Assembly (NCBI RefSeq): GCF_035594765.1
Contig: NC_085846.1
Location: 30,615,190 to 30,679,189, forward strand
Origin: Anolis carolinensis
Taxonomy: Eukaryota
Length of the DNA stretch: 64,000 nt
Direction of reading: 5' to 3'
This document shows positions 60,101-64,000 of the stretch, piece after piece. The translations under genes and the position numbers were made by a program. How positions within the stretch are numbered: the first letter of the stretch is position 1; the number at the start of each line of letters is the position of its first letter. A model generated the notes under the pieces. That model was given only the letters and a program-made list of their open reading frames with translations, searched no databases and was not told the origin of the DNA.

Positions 60101-63100
60101 TAATAGGTTTTTCCTTAATCCCTCTTTATTATCCAACATATTCGCTTATCAAACCTTCTGCCGGCCCGTTTTTGTTGGATAAGTGAGATTCTATTGTATA
60201 TACATTGGACTCTTAAAGTAACACTTGCCTATCAAGATGTTCTTGCACCTAACTTACCAACCCTGCAATCCCGCCTCTCTTTCTCAATCACAGTTGACAA
60301 AGTTCTTTTTGGAGAGGGACAGCCCTGACTTTCACTTCACATTAAAACTGCTTATAGCAGAATTATATTTTCAGAAGCAGTCTCCTCCTCCTGCCAAAAC
60401 CCAAATTATTGGCACCAACTGTACTATGCCTTCCAACCTCTGCACATACTTGTCTTGGACATTAGCTCGCTGCATCTGGCTGGACCGCTCTTCAACTTCT
60501 GCTATTTCCTCGTCATCCAGCTCACTGGCCAAAGACACATCATCATCGGAGTCTTCACCTTCTGAAAGCGAGAAGTCATTTTCTGCATTGCCTTCTGTGG
60601 CCACAAAGGTGTCTGCTGCTGCCATATCACCCTTGGTCACATCATGTAATAGCTGGAGAAGAAAGGATAACTGTTGTGTTTCATTATGTAATTTACTGGA
60701 ATGCAGACACACATGCAACAGCTAAGTACTTCCTTCCTTGCCATTATCACCTAAGTGGGCCTTTTTCAGAGTGCATCTACACTATATAATTAAGGCAGTT
60801 TGATACCACTCAGTTATGGATCAATTATGGAAGCATGGGGGTTGTCGTTTTAGAAGGTCTTTAGCCTTCTCTGCCAAATATTGCTGGTGCCTCCCCAGAC
60901 CATAACTCATGATCTCACAGAATAGTGTGGACGCATCCTTAGTATGTAGACTTCCAGAAATATCATACTATATCTGATACCACCACAGTCTGCATTTATC
61001 ATGTTGGTAATGGATGATGGGCATCGTAGTCCAGGGCACCTAGGGGGTCCCAGGCTCAGAAGGCCTCTACCCCCTTACCTGACTTTTGCCAATGGCCCGG
61101 AGAGAGAACATCCCCGTGTCTCCGTCATCGGCAACGGAGACTCCAGGAAGATCCATCTTAAGCTCAACACGCTCTCGTTGCCGGCGTCGCTCACGCAGAA
61201 TTTTGCGTTTCTTCCTGATGATGGTGAAAATAAATCAAAATGTCAACAACAAACAGTTGAAGGTAATATACTGGTCCAGCCCTGGCCAACTCTGGATATG
61301 GCATTTACTTTATGGATCAAAGGGTGGGATATAAAGTGGAACAGGATGGGGTGTGCACACTGTAATGGGAGCGGCCTGCTTTCCACTTCATAACACCCAC
61401 TGTCAACCCTCTTTTTCAGCATGCCAAGTTTAATAATAAATAGAGAAATCCTGAAATTGAAAATTCAAGGAACACACCCAAAAACCTGTCCATCTCTTTC
61501 CCACATGGGTTTATAACACTGGGACATGGCAGGGGATAGGAAGAGATAGAGCAGAAAAAGGATTAAGACCAGGCCAAACACAAGAATATAATTTAAAAAA
61601 CAGTCTGGTGCCGTTCTGCTATACCTGGTACTCAAGATTTAACACTGATCTCATAAACAAGCCAATGTAATAAAACTTGAAGCAGCAGGTAAAATTAAAA
61701 AGCATGTCATTATAAATAAATAGCAATAAAAGCAAACATTAAGTAGGCCAATGAAACAGCCCTCCATTGCCCAACCTTGTTAAATTCTTAGCGCTGACGG
61801 GCAATTGCTCTTCTTCATACTCGGGGCTTCGCTATTAAATTTGTTTTACTATGCCTTCCCCTTGTAGGGAAGAGGGGACATACAGCTGGCTTTCTGTATC
61901 CACGAATTCAACCATCCACACACTAAAAATATTCTAATTTAAAAAAAAAAATCCAAAAGGCAAACCTTGATTTAGCCATTTTATGAAGGGAACACAATTT
62001 CACCATGTCATTGCATATACCATAATGGGAATTTAACATCCTTTGATTTTGGTATGAATTGAGAGCACTGGAACCAAGCCTCAAGGCCTCATGGTACATA
62101 TTTCCACGCAACAACCAACTTATGAGATGCTGAGATGCAATTACTGGCTCAAGGTGAGCTTCACGATTCAGTAAAGATTTGTACCCAGGCTCTCGTGTTC
62201 AAGTTGGACACTCTACTCCAGCCTTCCCCAGATGTGCAAGGTCTAATAGGAATTGGGAATCCTAATCTAACCTGGAGGGCATCTGTAGGGGTTCTTATGT
62301 GTCTTCAAATAATTTCTGTTTGAAAGCAATCCTAAAGTGAATCTATTTCAGGGTTTTCTTTGCAGGATTTGTTTAGAAGAGGTTTGCCATTGCTTTCTCC
62401 TCTGAGACTGAGAGAGTGTGACTTGATCAAGGTCACCCAGTTGGTTTCATGGCCAAGCAAGGATTCAAACTCTAGTATCCAGAATCATAGCCCAATACTC
62501 AAACCACTGCACTGGTGGGATTTTTGGTGATTTCAGACCACACTAAAAATACATGATGGGACTGTAGTCCAACTGCATGGTGGCAATGGTTTAGAAATAC
62601 TTTTTTATTGTGATCCCAGACACACCTCTTAAGTTCTGCCATCTCTTCTGCTTTGAGCTCAGCAATTTTTAACTCCAGCTCTTCCTCCTCTTTTGCTTCA
62701 TCCTCATCTTCTTCCAGAGATTTTGATTCTTTCTTCTTGGGCTTTGGTTCTTCATCTCCTTCGCCTTCCTCTCCAGAACTCAAACTGAGAATAGAAACAG
62801 ATAACTTAGATTTATTATTTGAAAGCATTCATACTCTTCTCATCAGCCCGAAAGACTCCCAGAGGACATTAGGTAGGAACAATAAAACCAAGCCATTCAT
62901 AGTACACAAGCTGGCTATGGAAAAGGAAAGCAGGAAACAATGGGAAGAGGAAAACAAGCAAACATAGGCACCCATTTTTAAAGTTACAGAGCATTTCATG
63001 TAATTACATCACAACTTGGGGAAAAATGAACTCAAGGAATGACAATAATTAAATAAATGGCAATCTCATTTGCATGCTGAACACCTTGTCATCTAGTTGC

Positions 63101-63701
63101 CCCACAAGTTTAGAGTCTTACTTGATGTCAATTTCCTTCGCTTGATCTTTCAGTTTCTTCACCAGGAATCGCCTCAGCTTTGTTCTCCAGTTCAGCAGGG
63201 CCCTGGGCAAAATAAAGGAGATCATCAGACTCTGTGGCTATATGTCTATTTTGGAACAAATCCCTATTTGAGAGTTCTAGAGTTGCTAAGCACACACTTG
63301 GGACTGGACCTATACCTTGCTCACACCAATTTAAAGCCACCAACCTTACCTGAGTTCTTTGCGACCCAGAACACGGATGTCTTTACAACAATGGCGAACT
63401 TCCTCAGTGGTAGCACTATGATGCTCCAGCTCTTCACTGTCCAAGACAATCTAGGTGGCATGGGAAGAAAAATGGTTTTCTCGTTGCTTCAGGCAGCTAC
63501 CCAAAACTGTCAAGTAATTCAGCTGCCATTTCAACCAGTAAATAATTCAGTACACCTCTCCTCCCCCATCCAAACCCCCCACAGTCCAGTCCTCACCTCA
63601 CTGGCTTTAGCCAAGAAGTCCACAGGGTTGGCAGCTTTCAAGAAATCTGTCAGTGTGCAGCGCTTATAAAGGACCGTGGCACCATCTTCATATCCTTCTG
63701 C
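44093..63701 (-). CDS. FTSJ3: pre-rRNA 2'-O-ribose RNA methyltransferase FTSJ3 (Spb1 homolog), 3' 14 coding exons (608 aa); 5' exons outside the window
   Basis: 14 GT-AG exons, phase-compatible, 1827 nt; recognisable FTSJ3 segments [83 protein letters not shown]. Confidence 0.96.
44968..45276 (+). mobile_element. Sauria SINE
   Basis: ccctggtggcacagtgtgttaaagc..ggttcaaatcccgg head; (acctttt) tail. Confidence 0.92.
45681..46396 (+). mobile_element. Internally deleted mariner transposon, with an L2 tail inserted at about 46195-46345
   Basis: TA|cgagggtgggtca .. tgacccaccctcg|TA; ORF 45824..46021 fuses an N-terminal [18 protein letters not shown] segment to a DLAxxDFxLFGPLK segment. Confidence 0.85.
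46402..46669. mobile_element. MITE with CACT-terminal TIR (possibly Chapaev/CACTA-related)
   Basis: cactgtgtaac / gttacatagtg; related fragments at about 14330-14600 and 18480-18590. Confidence 0.5.
47731..48103. mobile_element. Tc1/Tc2-type MITE
   Basis: TA|ctgtatatacttgagtataagc .. gcttatactagagtatatacag|TA, with internal gcttatactcgagt repeats. Confidence 0.82.
48173..48267 (-). CDS. FTSJ3: FTSJ3 exon
   Basis: [31 protein letters not shown]; cag|..|gtaagt. Confidence 0.95.
48521..48704 (-). CDS. FTSJ3: FTSJ3 exon (Spb1 C-terminal domain)
   Basis: [42 protein letters not shown]; cag|..|gtaagc. Confidence 0.96.
48811..48913 (-). CDS. FTSJ3: FTSJ3 exon
   Basis: [34 protein letters not shown]; cag|..|gtaatg. 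Confidence 0.95.
49033..49115 (-). CDS. FTSJ3: FTSJ3 exon
   Basis: [27 protein letters not shown]; tag|..|gtaagt; phase-compatible. Confidence 0.88.
49356..49869. mobile_element. Tigger/MER2-type MITE
   Basis: TA|cagtgggtccttggtatctg .. cagatatggcacacccactg|TA. Confidence 0.7.
49960..50380. mobile_element. hAT-type non-autonomous element fragment
   Basis: Ends aaggttgggaaccactg (hAT-like TIR); internal block homologous to 40140-40410. Confidence 0.55.
51141..51190. repeat. (ATT)n tail of an L2 3' scrap
   Basis: gaggcgatgcgggtaagaaataaaatt followed by (ATT)n. Confidence 0.8.
52322..53325 (+). mobile_element. BovB (RTE) LINE, 5'-truncated and inactivated RT
   Basis: [78 protein letters not shown], with in-frame stops; actgaaacaacaa tail. 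Confidence 0.93.
53471..53639 (-). CDS. FTSJ3: FTSJ3 exon (low-complexity region)
   Basis: [25 protein letters not shown]; cag|..|gtaaag; phase-compatible. Confidence 0.85.
54416..54509 (-). CDS. FTSJ3: FTSJ3 exon
   Basis: [31 protein letters not shown]; cag|..|gtaatt. Confidence 0.9.
54804..54938. mobile_element. hAT MITE with SPIN-like TIR
   Basis: cagtggttctcaacctgtgg / ccacaggttgagaaccactg. Confidence 0.88.
55468..55665 (+). mobile_element. tRNA-derived SINE (MIR-like core, RTE-like tail)
   Basis: cagcatggtgcagtggttg..gtttgaatcctcagc..tgaccttcggcaagtcatactctctc..acaacaacaac; related copies at 14150-14260, 22805-22885 and 62325-62512. Confidence 0.6.
55909..56026 (-). CDS. FTSJ3: FTSJ3 exon
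   Basis: [39 protein letters not shown]; tag|..|gtaagc. Confidence 0.9.
57272..57372. mobile_element. Collapsed Penelope termini
   Basis: aggctttcatggttggaatcactgggttg joined to gagaatgcttctggaacatggcc..caacaaccca. Confidence 0.7.
57840..59122 (+). mobile_element. Young 5'-truncated L2 LINE with uninterrupted RT C-terminal ORF and intact 3' end
   Basis: [69 protein letters not shown]; stop at 58765; 3' stem-loop and (TTA)n tail. Confidence 0.95.
59419..59752 (+). mobile_element. Penelope-like fragments (terminus and GIY-YIG endonuclease C-terminus)
   Basis: [47 protein letters not shown], preceded by a terminal repeat. Confidence 0.82.
59876..60196. mobile_element. Tc1/mariner-superfamily MITE (same family as 7247-7569)
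   Basis: TA|cagtagagtc .. gttggataagtgagattctattg|TA. Confidence 0.85.
60450..60652 (-). CDS. FTSJ3: FTSJ3 exon
   Basis: [30 protein letters not shown]..; cag|..|gtatgt. Confidence 0.92.
60768..60938. mobile_element. GGGTGCATCTACAC-type MITE
   Basis: gagtgcatctacacta .. tagtgtggacgcatcc. Confidence 0.6.
61079..61214 (-). CDS. FTSJ3: FTSJ3 exon
   Basis: [45 protein letters not shown]; cag|..|gtaagg. Confidence 0.95.
62325..62512 (-). mobile_element. tRNA-derived SINE (MIR-like core)
   Basis: gagagagtgtgacttg..ggtcacccag..ggattcaaactc..caaaccactgcactgg. Confidence 0.6.
62626..62784 (-). CDS. FTSJ3: FTSJ3 exon
   Basis: [20 protein letters not shown]-like ([14 protein letters not shown]); cag|..|gtgtgt. 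Confidence 0.92.
63122..63202 (-). CDS. FTSJ3: FTSJ3 exon
   Basis: [26 protein letters not shown]; cag|..|gtaaga. Confidence 0.95.
63350..63450 (-). CDS. FTSJ3: FTSJ3 exon
   Basis: [34 protein letters not shown]; tag|..|gtaagg. Confidence 0.95.
63597..63701 (-). CDS. FTSJ3: FTSJ3 exon
   Basis: [35 protein letters not shown]; cag|..|gtgagg. Confidence 0.95.
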
Positions 63702-64000
63702 CTGTTCAAGAAAGGATGGGCGAAATGAAAATAGGAAAACATGCCTGGAAAGCGTAGGCTTGAACTTCATCACATTACTTACTGCAAATCTAAACTTCAT
63801 GCTCTCCCTTCTTTCAAACATTCTTGAAATCAAGGATATTTGATCCCCTTGACTCCTCTACTTCCCCAAAATCTTGGGACACCCTTAGGCTTCCTTTATG
63901 ATGCCCAAGTCAAGCCCTCGTGGTTACGGACAAAAGCATGGCCATTTACAACCAATGCTCAGTAGAAATACCCGAACAGAAACAAACACATTCTTCTATT

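Noticed and set aside
63097-63669. 190-aa + strand ORF (also 60225..60725, 61001..61393, 62653..62967)
   Set aside because: Antisense shadows of FTSJ3 exons, with no recognisable protein features

Overview
Vertebrate (squamate, most likely Anolis lizard) genomic DNA, inferred from the repeat content: Sauria SINEs, BovB, Vingi, young L2, CR1, Penelope, Helitron and hAT/Tc1/Harbinger MITEs. Three gene loci can be reconstructed by hand. (1) A complete six-coding-exon, 274-aa AGPAT1/AGPAT2-family lysophosphatidic acid acyltransferase on + (3731-34833), with all GT-AG junctions in phase and the NHQSxLD, FIDR and PEGTR motifs intact. (2) A disabled claudin-34-like gene on - (38661-39230), with an internal TGA, loss of the signature Cys and no TM4. 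(3) The 3' 14 coding exons (608 aa) of FTSJ3 on - (44093-63701); its 5' exons lie beyond the window. The rest is a dense mosaic of nested transposable elements. Most interesting: an AGPAT1/2-like paralog at an unexpected syntenic position beside FTSJ3; a claudin pseudogene that keeps its splice acceptor, Kozak context and poly(A) signal just downstream of FTSJ3; a Penelope hairpin retaining a hammerhead ribozyme core; a foldback element with two convergent CTCF motifs in the AGPAT-like first intron; and two Sauria SINE insertions at the same site in one MITE family. Most short ORFs in the supplied track are spurious or TE-derived. Family assignments come from recalled motifs; no database search was run.
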